From Fibrobacterales bacterium (GTDB lineage: Bacteria > Fibrobacterota > Fibrobacteria > Fibrobacterales > CADBQJ01), in contig JAGCEZ010000084.1 in NCBI GenBank assembly GCA_017650365.1, positions 38,202 through 102,201 of the forward strand: 64,000 nt of DNA, written 5' to 3'. The position numbers were made by a program, and so were the translations under genes. Below the pieces are notes generated by a model. That model did not search any database, was not told the origin of the DNA, and saw only the letters and a program-made list of their open reading frames with translations. This document shows positions 8,415-17,745 of this stretch, piece by piece; position 1 is the stretch's first letter, and every line of letters starts with the position of its first letter.

Positions 8415-9677
8415 TTAAAGGGACGCGCAGGGTTCTTCGAGGCGGAAAATGTCTTCGAGGCTCTGGCGGCGGCGGATCAGGCGGAGTTCGCCGCCGCGTT
8501 CGAGCACTTCGGGCGCCAGCGGGCGCGAGTTGTAGTTCGAGCTCATCGCGGCGCCGTAGGCCCCGGCGTCGTGGAAGACCAGGAGGTCGCCCACCTGCGC
8601 CTCGGGGAGGTCGCGCGTCGTGACGAAGCCGCCCTCCTCCTGCGTGAAGACGTCGCCCGATTCGCACAGCGGCCCGGCGACGACGGCGGGCTCGGAACCC
8701 ACGAGCATCGCGCCGTCCTTCCCGTAGATCGAGATGTAGTGGTAGGCGCCGTAGAAGGAGGGGCGGACCAGGTCGGTGAAGCCCGCGTCCAGCAGGTAGA
8801 ACCGGTTCTTGCCCTGGTTCTTGACCGCGCGGATCTCGGCCACGAGGTAGCCGGACTCGGCGACGAGGTAGCGCCCGGGCTCGACTTCGAGCGTCACGGC
8901 GTGGCCGATCTTCTTCTCGATCATCTTGCGGGCGCAGTCCCAGAGCTCGAAATAGGCGAGCAGGTCGATGGGCGGGGTCGCCTCGTCGCCCTTGCGGTAG
9001 GAGATGGGCAGACCGCCGCCGGCGCTGATCGTCCGGACGGACGAGCCGACGAGGAGGGCCGCCTTGACCATCGCGTCGCCCACCTGCGAGAGGTGCGCGA
9101 AGTCGCTGCCCGAGCCGATGTGCATGTGCAGGCCGGAGATCGGGTAGCCGAGTTCGTTCGCGCGGGCGACGAGCGCGGGGAGATCCTCGTGCCAGACGCC
9201 GTGCTTGGAGAGGTCGCCGCCGGTGTTGACCTTGCGGCTGTGGCCGTGGCCGAAGCCGGGGTTGATCCGGACGGTGAGCGGCACGCGGATTCCGCGTTCG
9301 GCCAGCTGCTCGAGCATGTCGGCGGAGCCGATGTTGACCGGGACCTGGTGCTTTTCGACCAGGTCGAGGGCCTCGCGGTCGAAGATGTCGGCGGTGTAGA
9401 CCACGCCCGGCACCTTGGCGCGCGGGTCGTAGCCCACGCGGAGCGCCCGGACGATCTCGCCCGCGGAGACTGCGTCGACCATCGCCCCGGCGTCCTTGAC
9501 GACTTTCAGAATCGAAAGGTTGGAGCAGGCCTTCTGCGCGAAGCGCACGACGTCGAACCGCGACACGTCGGCGATGCGCCGTTCGATCATCGACTGCCGG
9601 TAGAGCCAGCAGGGCGTGCCGAACTCGCGCGCCACGCGGGCGACGTCGAAGGGGGCGCTTTCGCAGGGGGAGGCCAT
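8415..9677 (-). CDS. lysA: Diaminopimelate decarboxylase
   Basis: FAQKACSN (PLP Lys), RINPGFGHGHSRKVNTGG, HMHIGS, EPGRYLVAE, GPLCESGD, GAYGAAMSSNYNSRP. Confidence 0.95.
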   Translation of the reverse strand: MASPCESAPFDVARVAREFGTPCWLYRQSMIERRIADVSRFDVVRFAQKACSNLSILKVVKDAGAMVDAVSAGEIVRALRVGYDPRAKVPGVVYTADIFDREALDLVEKHQVPVNIGSADMLEQLAERGIRVPLTVRINPGFGHGHSRKVNTGGDLSKHGVWHEDLPALVARANELGYPISGLHMHIGSGSDFAHLSQVGDAMVKAALLVGSSVRTISAGGGLPISYRKGDEATPPIDLLAYFELWDCARKMIEKKIGHAVTLEVEPGRYLVAESGYLVAEIRAVKNQGKNRFYLLDAGFTDLVRPSFYGAYHYISIYGKDGAMLVGSEPAVVAGPLCESGDVFTQEEGGFVTTRDLPEAQVGDLLVFHDAGAYGAAMSSNYNSRPLAPEVLERGGELRLIRRRQSLEDIFRLEEPCASL

Positions 9678-9682
9678 CGTCC

Positions 9683-10126
9683 CTACTCGACGTCGATGAC
9701 GGAGTTGAGGTGCCCTTCCATGTCGGCCATGGCGGGGGCGTTCTGGTCGATCTCCCAGGCCACGCCGTCGTAGACGAACTTGTAGAAGTAGCGGCCGGGC
9801 TGGAGCTTGACCTTCGCGCTCCAGTTGCCCTGGGCGTCCTTCTTCATCGGGTTCTTGGAGGGGATCCAGCCGTTGAAGTCGCCGGCCAGCTCGACGATGC
9901 CGGAGGCGGGCGAGAAGCAGGAGAATTCGACGGTCTTCGCGGCGGCGGCCTTCGGGGCGGCCTTGGGGGCCGCGGCCTTCTTGGCGGGGGCGGCCTTCTT
10001 TTCGGCGGGTTTTTCGGCCTTCGCGGCGCACTTGCAGGCGCTCTTGGCGGCGGGCTTCTTCTCCGCGGCCTTCGGAGCGGCCTTGGGGGCGGCGGTCTTC
10101 TTGGCGGTGGTGGTCTTGGTAGCCAT
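9683..10126 (-). CDS. Histone H1-like Lys/Ala-rich N-terminus fused to a CBM48/AMPK-beta-type glycogen-binding domain
   Basis: About 63 aa of PKAAPKAA-type repeats, then VELAGDFNGW...W..KVKLQPGRYFYKFVYDGVAW. Confidence 0.8.
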   Translation of the reverse strand: MATKTTTAKKTAAPKAAPKAAEKKPAAKSACKCAAKAEKPAEKKAAPAKKAAAPKAAPKAAAAKTVEFSCFSPASGIVELAGDFNGWIPSKNPMKKDAQGNWSAKVKLQPGRYFYKFVYDGVAWEIDQNAPAMADMEGHLNSVIDVE

Positions 10127-10215
10127 GCTTTACTCCCTTGCCCTGTAACTTTTTTTTCAGAGGCGTGGCAAATATAGCTATTCGAAACGGCCCGGCCTTG
10201 CTAAATTTGGGCGCG

Positions 10216-10869
10216 ATGGAAAATGCACCGGCAAGACGACTGGCCCCGAGCCTCCTGAGCGCGGATTTCGCCCGGCTGGGCGAGGCCTGCGAGCTCGCGC
10301 GGCTCGGCGGGGCCGACTGGCTCCACGTGGACGTGATGGACGGCGACTTCGTCCCGAACCTGACGATCGGCCCGCCCGTCGTGGAATCCCTCTCCAAGGC
10401 GACCACCCTGCCGCTGGACTGCCACCTCATGGTCTACCGGCCCGAGCAGCTCGTGCCGCTCTTCGCCAAGGCCGGCGCCGCGAACATCACGGTGCACGCC
10501 GAAAGCACGGTGCACCTCGACCGCCTGCTGAACCAGATCCGCGAAGCGGGCTGCACCTGCGGCGTCGCGATCAACCCCGCCACGCCCGTCGAGGCGATCC
10601 GCCCCGTGCTCGGGATCGTGGACCTCGCGCTGGTGATGTCGGTCAACCCCGGCTTCGGCGGCCAGAAGCTGATCCCCTACTGCCTGGACAAGGTCAAGGC
10701 GCTGCGCGACCTGCGGCCCGACCTCGACGTCCAGATCGACGGCGGCGTGAAGCTCGCCAACCTGGACGCGGTCCTCGCCGCCGGCGCGACGAACATCGTC
10801 GCGGGAAGCGCCATCTTCGGCGCGGCGGACGTCGTGGCCGAGACCAGGGCCTTCAAGGCGCGGATGTAG
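10216..10869 (+). CDS. rpe: Ribulose-phosphate 3-epimerase
   Basis: LAPSLLSADF, HVDVMDGDFVPNLTIG, DCHLMV, MSVNPGFGGQ, QIDGG. Confidence 0.96.
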   Translation: MENAPARRLAPSLLSADFARLGEACELARLGGADWLHVDVMDGDFVPNLTIGPPVVESLSKATTLPLDCHLMVYRPEQLVPLFAKAGAANITVHAESTVHLDRLLNQIREAGCTCGVAINPATPVEAIRPVLGIVDLALVMSVNPGFGGQKLIPYCLDKVKALRDLRPDLDVQIDGGVKLANLDAVLAAGATNIVAGSAIFGAADVVAETRAFKARM

Positions 10870-10888
10870 ATCCGGGAAAAGGAAGAAG

Positions 10889-12094
10889 ATGGAAACGATG
10901 GATTTCGGAAAGGAATCGCTTGCCCTCCACGCGGCCAACCGCGGCAAATGGGAAGTCCGCAACAAGATCCCCCTCAACACCCACCTCGACCTCTCGCTGG
11001 CCTACACGCCCGGCGTGGCCGCGGTCTCCTCGGAGATCGCCGCGCATCCCGAGAAGGTCTGGGAGCTGACCCCCCGCGGCAACTCCGTGGCCGTGGTCTC
11101 CAACGGCACCGCGGTGCTGGGCCTGGGCGACATCGGCAGCCAGGGCGCGATCCCCGTGATGGAGGGGAAGTCGATCCTCTTCAAGCAGTTCGCCGACATC
11201 GACGCCGTCCCGATCGTGACCGACCTGCGCGACCCGCAGGACCTCATCCGCTTCGTCCGCGCCATCGCCCCCTCGTTCGGCGGCATCAACCTCGAGGACA
11301 TCAAGGCCCCCGAGTGCTTCCAGGTCGAGCAGGCGCTGCAGGACCTCGGCATCCCCGTCTTCCACGACGACCAGCACGGCACCGCGATCGTGCTGCTGGC
11401 CGGCCTCATCAACGCCGCCCGCGCCACGGGCCGCAAGATGACCGAGCTGAACGTGGTAATCAACGGCGCCGGCGCCGCCGGCTCCGCCATCGCGCGCCTG
11501 CTGCGCTGCGTGGGCCACGACCCGACGATCTGCGAACCGGTCAAGAGCCTGATCATCTGCGACTCCAAGGGGATCATCGCGGCGGGCCGCAAGGACCTGA
11601 ACCGCGAGAAGGAGGCCCTGCTCTCCTTCTCCAACCGCGAGAACATGACCGGCACGATCCACGACGCGCTGCGCGGCGCGGACGTCTTCATCGGCGTCTC
11701 GAAGGGCAACCTCCTCACCGAGGAGGACATCCGCCGCATGGCCCCGAACCCGATCATCTTCCCGATGGCCAACCCCGTGCCCGAAATCATGCCCGAAGTC
11801 GCCCTCAAGGCCGGCGCGGCCGTGGTGGGGACGGGCCGTTCGGACTACCCGAACCAGGTCAACAACCTGCTGGTCTTCCCGGGCATCTTCCGCGGCGCGC
11901 TCGACGCCGGCGCGGCGGTGATCACCCCCGGAATGAAGATCGCCGCGGCGCACGCGCTGGCCCGCTACATGGCCAACCCCACGCCCGACAACATCCTCCC
12001 GGACGCGCTCGACTCCCGCGTGGCCCCGCTCGTGGCCGCCGCGGTCAAGCTGCGCGCCATCTCCGAAGGTGTCGCCAACACCCGGAAGAACTAG
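10889..12094 (+). CDS. NAD(P)-dependent malic enzyme (no PTA domain)
   Basis: LSLAYTPGVA, SNGTAVLGLGDIG, PVMEGK, FGGINLEDIKAPECF, FHDDQHGTA, GRSDYPNQVNN. Confidence 0.92.
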   Translation: METMDFGKESLALHAANRGKWEVRNKIPLNTHLDLSLAYTPGVAAVSSEIAAHPEKVWELTPRGNSVAVVSNGTAVLGLGDIGSQGAIPVMEGKSILFKQFADIDAVPIVTDLRDPQDLIRFVRAIAPSFGGINLEDIKAPECFQVEQALQDLGIPVFHDDQHGTAIVLLAGLINAARATGRKMTELNVVINGAGAAGSAIARLLRCVGHDPTICEPVKSLIICDSKGIIAAGRKDLNREKEALLSFSNRENMTGTIHDALRGADVFIGVSKGNLLTEEDIRRMAPNPIIFPMANPVPEIMPEVALKAGAAVVGTGRSDYPNQVNNLLVFPGIFRGALDAGAAVITPGMKIAAAHALARYMANPTPDNILPDALDSRVAPLVAAAVKLRAISEGVANTRKN

Positions 12095-13190
12095 CGACGG
12101 ACCGGGGCGCCGCAGCTTCGGCGCCGACGGCTCCCTGCGCGACGACCTCTTCGGCGACGCCTTCGCCTCGTCCGGGGACGCGTTCGCGGAATCGCGCCTC
12201 GTCTTCCTGGAGGGGAACCGGCTCCCCGAACGGTTCCGCGGACTGGCGGAAAGCGGCGTTCCCTCCTTCTCCGCGGCGGAGATCGGATTCGGCACGGGCG
12301 CGAACTTCGCACTCTGCGCGGAACTCTTCTTCCGGCTCTGTCCGGACAGGACGCTCGAATACGAAGGGCTGGAGGGCTACCCGCTCTCGCCCGCGGAACT
12401 CCGCGCCGCGCACGCCCGCTGGCCCGGGGAGCTGAAGCCCTGGGCCGAGGCGCTCCAGAAGACGTGGGACGAAGGGAAGGACGAACTCGCGTTCCGCAAC
12501 GCGCGTCTCCACCTGCGGTTCGGTCTCTTCGCCGACGTGCTGCCGACGCTGGAGCGGAAGGCGGACGCCTGGATCCTCGACGGATTCGCCCCCTCGAAGA
12601 ACCCCGACGCCTGGAGCGACGCCCTCTTCGCGCAGATCGCGCGGCTCTCGGCGCCGGGCGCGACGGCGGCGACCTTCACGGTCGCGGGCGACGTGCGCCG
12701 CCGCCTCCTGCGGGCCGGGTTCGACGTCGAAAAGCGGCCGGGATTCGGCCGCAAGCGCTCGCGCCTCGAGGCGCGGCTCGCCCGGCCCGCAGGCGAAGTC
12801 GCGCCCGGCGCCGTTCCCGGAACGTCCGCGGGCGAATGCAAGAAAGCGCTGCGCCACGCGCTCGAGCAGGCGGTGCGCAGCGGAGACGAAAGCCGCGCGC
12901 GCTCGCTTCTCGGGGAAGCCGGGGCGAAGCCCGACGGGGGGCTTCTCTTCCTCGCGCTCCGCTCCCCCGCCCCCGTCGGGCTTCTCTCCCTCCTGCTCGC
13001 GCGCGGCTGTCCGCCCGACGCGCGGAACGCCAAGGGCTCCACGGCCCTGATCGAGGCGATCCGCGCGGGACTTCCCGAAGCGGAGGAACTTCTGCTCGCG
13101 AACGGGGCCGATCCCGGACTGCCCGACGGCAGGGGGCGCACGCCGGAGACCTGGCGCGCCCTCGTCCGGAACGGAACGCGGAAAAGGTGA
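12069..13190 (+). CDS. MnmC-type (MnmD) tRNA methyltransferase domain fused to ankyrin repeats
   Basis: FGDAFAS...AESRLVFLEGNRL, EIGFGTGANF, LDGFAPSKNPDAW, ATFTVAGDVRR, KRPGFGRKR, then ankyrin-like ARNAKGSTALIEA...LLANGADP. The start (GTG 12069) is uncertain. Confidence 0.78.
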   Translation: MSPTPGRTSDGPGRRSFGADGSLRDDLFGDAFASSGDAFAESRLVFLEGNRLPERFRGLAESGVPSFSAAEIGFGTGANFALCAELFFRLCPDRTLEYEGLEGYPLSPAELRAAHARWPGELKPWAEALQKTWDEGKDELAFRNARLHLRFGLFADVLPTLERKADAWILDGFAPSKNPDAWSDALFAQIARLSAPGATAATFTVAGDVRRRLLRAGFDVEKRPGFGRKRSRLEARLARPAGEVAPGAVPGTSAGECKKALRHALEQAVRSGDESRARSLLGEAGAKPDGGLLFLALRSPAPVGLLSLLLARGCPPDARNAKGSTALIEAIRAGLPEAEELLLANGADPGLPDGRGRTPETWRALVRNGTRKR

Positions 13191-13228
13191 AACGCCCCCG
13201 CCGGAGCGCTCCCCTCCCCCGAAAACGC

Positions 13229-13264
13229 AAAAAAAGAAGGACCCGCGACGCGGATCCTTCTTTT
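13229..13264 (-). terminator. Rho-independent terminator downstream of tRNA-Val
   Basis: GAAGGA(C/T)CCGCG hairpin followed by a T-run on the minus strand. Confidence 0.7.
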
Positions 13265-13266
13265 CG

Positions 13267-13340
<74 letters not shown>

Positions 13341-13407
13341 GAACGGGAACAAGAATAGAAAAAACAGGCCGGAAAGCCAAGACTTCCCGGCCATCTTCCG
13401 CAAAAAA

Positions 13408-13857
13408 CTACTTGGCGATCGACATCATCAGGATGGCGACGACCAGCGAGAGGATCGCGTAGAACTCGGGGAAAGCCGCCAAAATCAGCGTTTTGCCCAC
13501 GACGTCGTGGCCGGATCCGTAGGTTTCGATGCCGCTGGCGCAGACCTTGCCCTGGTTGATGCCGGAGAAGAGGCACGCGCAGCCCATCGCCAGGCCGGCG
13601 CCGAGCATCACCGCGCCCTGCAGCATGCCGACTTCGCCCTGGATGCCGCCGCTGTAGAGCACGTAGCCGACGAAGCCGTAGAGGCCCTGCGTCGCGGGAA
13701 GCGAGGCCATCGCCATGCCCACGCCGAACGCCTCGGGGCGCTTCTTCAGCATCCCGAGCAGCGCCTGGCCCGAAACGGCCAGGCCGATGGCGGAGCCGGA
13801 GCCCGAAAGACCGACCATCAGGCCAAGTCCGATCATCGCGAGAATCGATCCATCCAT
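13408..13857 (-). CDS. ntpK: V-type ATPase proteolipid subunit K
   Basis: Four TM helices, LPATQGLYGF, FPEFYAILSL; last gene of the operon. Confidence 0.92.
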   Translation of the reverse strand: MDGSILAMIGLGLMVGLSGSGSAIGLAVSGQALLGMLKKRPEAFGVGMAMASLPATQGLYGFVGYVLYSGGIQGEVGMLQGAVMLGAGLAMGCACLFSGINQGKVCASGIETYGSGHDVVGKTLILAAFPEFYAILSLVVAILMMSIAK

Positions 13858-13879
13858 GTGAACCTCCGAAAGGTTGCGG

Positions 13880-15802
13880 TTATCTGTCTTGTGACTCTGC
13901 GCGGGCGAGCGGCTTGAAGGGGCGGCCGCCGCCCTGGTAGTCCAGGTTGGTGTAGAACTCCACGAAGGTCAGGCGCAGCGGGTGGACGAAGGCGCTGACC
14001 AGCGAGAGGACGAGGTTGAGGGCGTGGCCGACCACGAGGATCAGGACCGTGCCGAGGACCAGCGGGCTGGCGTAGTCGCGGACGCCGTCGTGCTCGACCA
14101 GCATGAAGGCGATCTTGTTGAACGACGCGGCGAGCAGGCCGCCGGCCAGGCCGAGCGCGAAGACGCGCAGGTAGGAGAGCGCGTCGGAGACGATCTTCGT
14201 CGCGTAGTTGTACATCGACCAGAGGAAGAGCACGGAGTAGCGCATGGCCGGGCCCGCGCCGATGTTCGCGAAGAGGAACAGGCAGAGCGTGCCGGCGCCG
14301 AGGAGCGCGAGGCCGGCCTCCTTCGGGACGGAGGCGAGGAAGCCGCCGATCGGGAGCCCGTTGACGCCGAACTCGTGGATCTTCAGCCCGAGCAGCGCGC
14401 CCGCCTCGGCCGAGGCGTTGGCCGACCAGACGAGGAGGCCGACGGTCAGGAGCATGAAGCCGACCGGCTCCATCCCGTGCTTCCAGCCCTTCTCGCGCGC
14501 GGAGACGTAGGCGCGGAGCCCCATCGCCAGCAGGATCTGCACGAAGCCGACCACGAGCGCGAGCGACATCATCGGATAGACCGTGCCGCCCTCGTCGGCG
14601 TAGGGGGCGAGCGGCGTCATCCACGAGGCCAGGTCGCGGCTTTCGCCGAAGAAGGAGTTGAGCATGACGCCGCAGAGGACGGTCACGCCGCCGAGGATCG
14701 CCAGAAGCGTCATCAGCGGCTTGACCTGCCTCCCCACGAGCGCGCGGGCGGCCAGCGCCAGCACGAGGACGATGGCCCCGTAGGCGGCGTCCGCCAGGCA
14801 GCACCCGACGAAGAAGGCGAAGAACATCGAGAAGAAGGGCACCGGGTCGAGCTCCCGGTACGACGGAAGCGAATGGAGGCAGGCGACCGGTTCGAAGAGG
14901 CGCGTGACCGCGCCGTTCTTCAGGCGCACGGGCGGCTCCTCGTCCGCGGCCGGTTCGCGGATCTCCCACCAGCACCCCAGGCCCCCGAGGAGCTCCTCGA
15001 CGGCCTTCCTGTCGGCCGCGGGGAACCAGCCCCGCATGCTGACGAGCCGCCCGGAGAGTTCGGGCGTCAGGTCCTGCGAGGCCGCGGCGAGCCGTCCTTC
15101 GTTCTCGGCGCGCTCCCAGCCGCGGGCCAGGACCGAGTCGTCGGAGGAGAGGGCCGCCAGTTCGGCGAAGAGTTCGCGTTCGCGCGCCTCGGCGGACGCC
15201 AGGTCGGAACGCAGTTCGGAAAGGCGCTTCCGCGGCAGCGGCTGTTCCTCCGCGCCGGCGGGCAGGTCGCCTTCGAGGTTCAGGACGAGGAGCAGAAGGC
15301 GGCCGGGCAGTTCGCCGACCCGGACGGCCGCGGCGGAACGCCCGGCGAGGTCGGCGAGGATCTCGTCACGCCGGCGCGCGGTCGCGACGAGCAGCCGCGC
15401 CGCGTACCCGCGGTCGCGCAGGGCCGCGAGGTGCGCGAGGTCGAAGTCGCCCCACGGAGTCCACGTTTCGACCTCGCGCGCGAGCGCGGCGGCTTCGGCG
15501 CGGGCCTTGCCGTGTTCGGAAAGGCGTTTCTCCAGGAGCTCCAGGCTTTCGTCCGGGTCGTCGGGGAAGCGGAGCCCCGACGCGGAGCGGGGGTCGCCGG
15601 AGAAGTCGCGGAGGACGAACTTCAGCGCCTTGCGGGCGCGGTCGTAGCGGACGCTCCGCGCGTGCGCGGCGGCGACGGTCGCGGCGTCGCGCTCCTCGGA
15701 GCTCTCGATCTCCACGCAGCCCAGCCTCTGCAGGCCCTCGAGCAGCGCGGTCCGCTCCCCGGAGGGAATCAGGAGCGTCAGCTTCAGCATCGGGACGATC
15801 AT
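13880..15802 (-). CDS. ntpI: V-type ATPase subunit I
   Basis: Start MIVPMLKLT overlapping the subunit D stop; PSYRELDP, LADAAYG, DALSYLRVFALGL, HPLRLTFVEF. Confidence 0.93.
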   Translation of the reverse strand: MIVPMLKLTLLIPSGERTALLEGLQRLGCVEIESSEERDAATVAAAHARSVRYDRARKALKFVLRDFSGDPRSASGLRFPDDPDESLELLEKRLSEHGKARAEAAALAREVETWTPWGDFDLAHLAALRDRGYAARLLVATARRRDEILADLAGRSAAAVRVGELPGRLLLLVLNLEGDLPAGAEEQPLPRKRLSELRSDLASAEARERELFAELAALSSDDSVLARGWERAENEGRLAAASQDLTPELSGRLVSMRGWFPAADRKAVEELLGGLGCWWEIREPAADEEPPVRLKNGAVTRLFEPVACLHSLPSYRELDPVPFFSMFFAFFVGCCLADAAYGAIVLVLALAARALVGRQVKPLMTLLAILGGVTVLCGVMLNSFFGESRDLASWMTPLAPYADEGGTVYPMMSLALVVGFVQILLAMGLRAYVSAREKGWKHGMEPVGFMLLTVGLLVWSANASAEAGALLGLKIHEFGVNGLPIGGFLASVPKEAGLALLGAGTLCLFLFANIGAGPAMRYSVLFLWSMYNYATKIVSDALSYLRVFALGLAGGLLAASFNKIAFMLVEHDGVRDYASPLVLGTVLILVVGHALNLVLSLVSAFVHPLRLTFVEFYTNLDYQGGGRPFKPLARAESQDR

Positions 15803-16407
15803 GCCGCTCCCTCCCTGGCCATGGCGTCGAGCCGCGTCTTCAGGATCTTCTGCGAGGACTTGGCGAGGTTCTCCTCGTCCTCCATGAAGCGCTTGATGCG
15901 CAGGATCGAGTCGTTGTACTCGGGAATCTGCACCTTCTCGTAGAGGTTGACCTTCTGCGTGGTCTTCTTGCGGGCGTGCTCCAGGATCTCGACCTTCTTC
16001 TTCGCGAGCTCGATCTTCGCGCGGAGCTCGGCCAGCGAGCGCAGGACCTCGACCCCGGCGGAGAGCCAGGCGGGCGCGGAGAGCGCGCCGAACGGGGCGA
16101 CGGCGATCTCCAGGCGTTCGAGCGAAGGCACCTTCACGCCGGCGAGCTTGCGGATTACGACCTCGGCCTTCTCCAGGCGGACCAGCCCCTCGGGCATTTC
16201 GCCCCAGAGCCGTTCGAACCCGGAAAGCGAGGCGAGGCGCGCGGCGTAGTCCTTCTCCAGCGCGGCCGCGGCTTCGCGGGCCTTCTTCACCTCGAGCCGC
16301 AGCGCGGTCTCCTTCGCGACGAGCGTCGGAAGCGCGTTGACGCGCACCTTCAGCTCCTTGCGGAGCTGCTGGAGCGAGGTCTTGTTGTACTGGAACTTGA
16401 TCGCCAT
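15799..16407 (-). CDS. ntpD: V-type ATPase subunit D
   Basis: MAIKFQYNKTSLQ, LPTLVAKE, KKTTQKVNLYEKVQIP. Confidence 0.93.
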   Translation of the reverse strand: MAIKFQYNKTSLQQLRKELKVRVNALPTLVAKETALRLEVKKAREAAAALEKDYAARLASLSGFERLWGEMPEGLVRLEKAEVVIRKLAGVKVPSLERLEIAVAPFGALSAPAWLSAGVEVLRSLAELRAKIELAKKKVEILEHARKKTTQKVNLYEKVQIPEYNDSILRIKRFMEDEENLAKSSQKILKTRLDAMAREGAA

Positions 16408-16425
16408 GGAGGACCTTCCGGTTTT

Positions 16426-17745
16426 CTACGCCTTCCAGTACTTGTCCATCAGTTCGCGCTTCGCGCCGACTTCGTCCTTCGTGAAGTACTTCGCGAAGAG
16501 CTCCCAGCCGGTGTCGAGCATCTTCTCGATCCCGATGTTGACGTCGATGGCCAGCAGCGCCGCGGAGTAGTCCTTCGCGAAGCCGAGCGCGCGGCGGTCG
16601 TAGTCGGTGAGCTCGAAGCCGTTCTCCAGCTTGGTCTTGGCGTTGGCGGCGTCGGCGTAGAGGCGGATGGCCGTGTTCATCACCGCGGCGTGGTCCTCGC
16701 GCGTCTTCTTGCCGGTCACGAGCTGCTTCAGGCGGGAGAGCGAGCGGAACGGGTCGACGATCACCTTCGCGATGTCGGTGTCGCGGCGCAGGTAGAGCTG
16801 GCCCTCCGTGATGTAGCCGGTGTTGTCGGGCACGGCGTGCGTGATGTCGCCGCCCGAGAGCGTGGTCACCGCGATGATCGTGATGGAGCCGCCGTCGGGG
16901 AACTGCACCGCCTTCTCGTAGATCTTCGCCAGGTCGGAGTAGAGCGAGCCGGGCATCGAGTCCTTCGAGGGGATCTGGTCCATGCGGTTGCTGACGATGG
17001 CCAGGGCGTCGGCGTAGAGCGTCATGTCGCTCAGCAGCACCAGCACCTTCTGCTTCCTCTCCACGGCGAACCACTCCGCCGCGGCCAGGCACATGTCGGG
17101 CACCAGCAGGCGCTCCACGGGCGGGTTCTCCGTCGTGTTCATGAAGCTGACGATGCGGTCGGTGGCGCCGGCGTTCTCGAAGAGGTTGCGGTAGTAGAGG
17201 TAGTCGTCGTTGCTCATCCCCATGCCGCCGAGCACGATGACGTCGGCCTGCGCGCGGAGGGCGACGGTCGCCATCACCTGGTTGTAGGGCTGGTCGGCGT
17301 CGGCGAAGAAGGGGATCTTCTGGCCGGTGACGAGCGTGTTGTTGAGGTCGATGCCCGCGATGCCCGTCGCGATCAGCTCGGAGGGCTGCTTGCGGCGCAC
17401 CGGGTTGACCGAGGGACCGCCGATCTCGCGGACTTCGCCGTCCACCTCGGGCCCGCCGTCGATCGGGCGCCCGTAGGCGTCGAAGAAGCGGCCCTTGAGC
17501 GCCTCGCCCACCTTCAGCGTGGGCGGCGCCCCCGTGAAGACCACCTCGCTGTCGGAGGCGATGCCGGCGGTGCCGGGGAAGACCTGGAGCGTGACCTGGT
17601 CGCCGGAGATCTTGACCACCTGCGCGGGGCGGCCGTCCACGTAGGCCATCTCCTCGTTCGTGACGCCCTCGGCGCGGAGCGTGCAGGTGGCCTTGGTGAT
17701 GTTGTCGATCCGGGTGTAGATCTTCTGGAAAGCGCGGGTCTGCAT
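16426..17745 (-). CDS. ntpB: V-type ATPase subunit B
   Basis: Start MQTRAFQKIY; GGPSVNPVRR, TGQKIPFF, HAVPDNTGYITEGQ, DPFRSLSRLKQ. Confidence 0.96.
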   Translation of the reverse strand: MQTRAFQKIYTRIDNITKATCTLRAEGVTNEEMAYVDGRPAQVVKISGDQVTLQVFPGTAGIASDSEVVFTGAPPTLKVGEALKGRFFDAYGRPIDGGPEVDGEVREIGGPSVNPVRRKQPSELIATGIAGIDLNNTLVTGQKIPFFADADQPYNQVMATVALRAQADVIVLGGMGMSNDDYLYYRNLFENAGATDRIVSFMNTTENPPVERLLVPDMCLAAAEWFAVERKQKVLVLLSDMTLYADALAIVSNRMDQIPSKDSMPGSLYSDLAKIYEKAVQFPDGGSITIIAVTTLSGGDITHAVPDNTGYITEGQLYLRRDTDIAKVIVDPFRSLSRLKQLVTGKKTREDHAAVMNTAIRLYADAANAKTKLENGFELTDYDRRALGFAKDYSAALLAIDVNIGIEKMLDTGWELFAKYFTKDEVGAKRELMDKYWKA

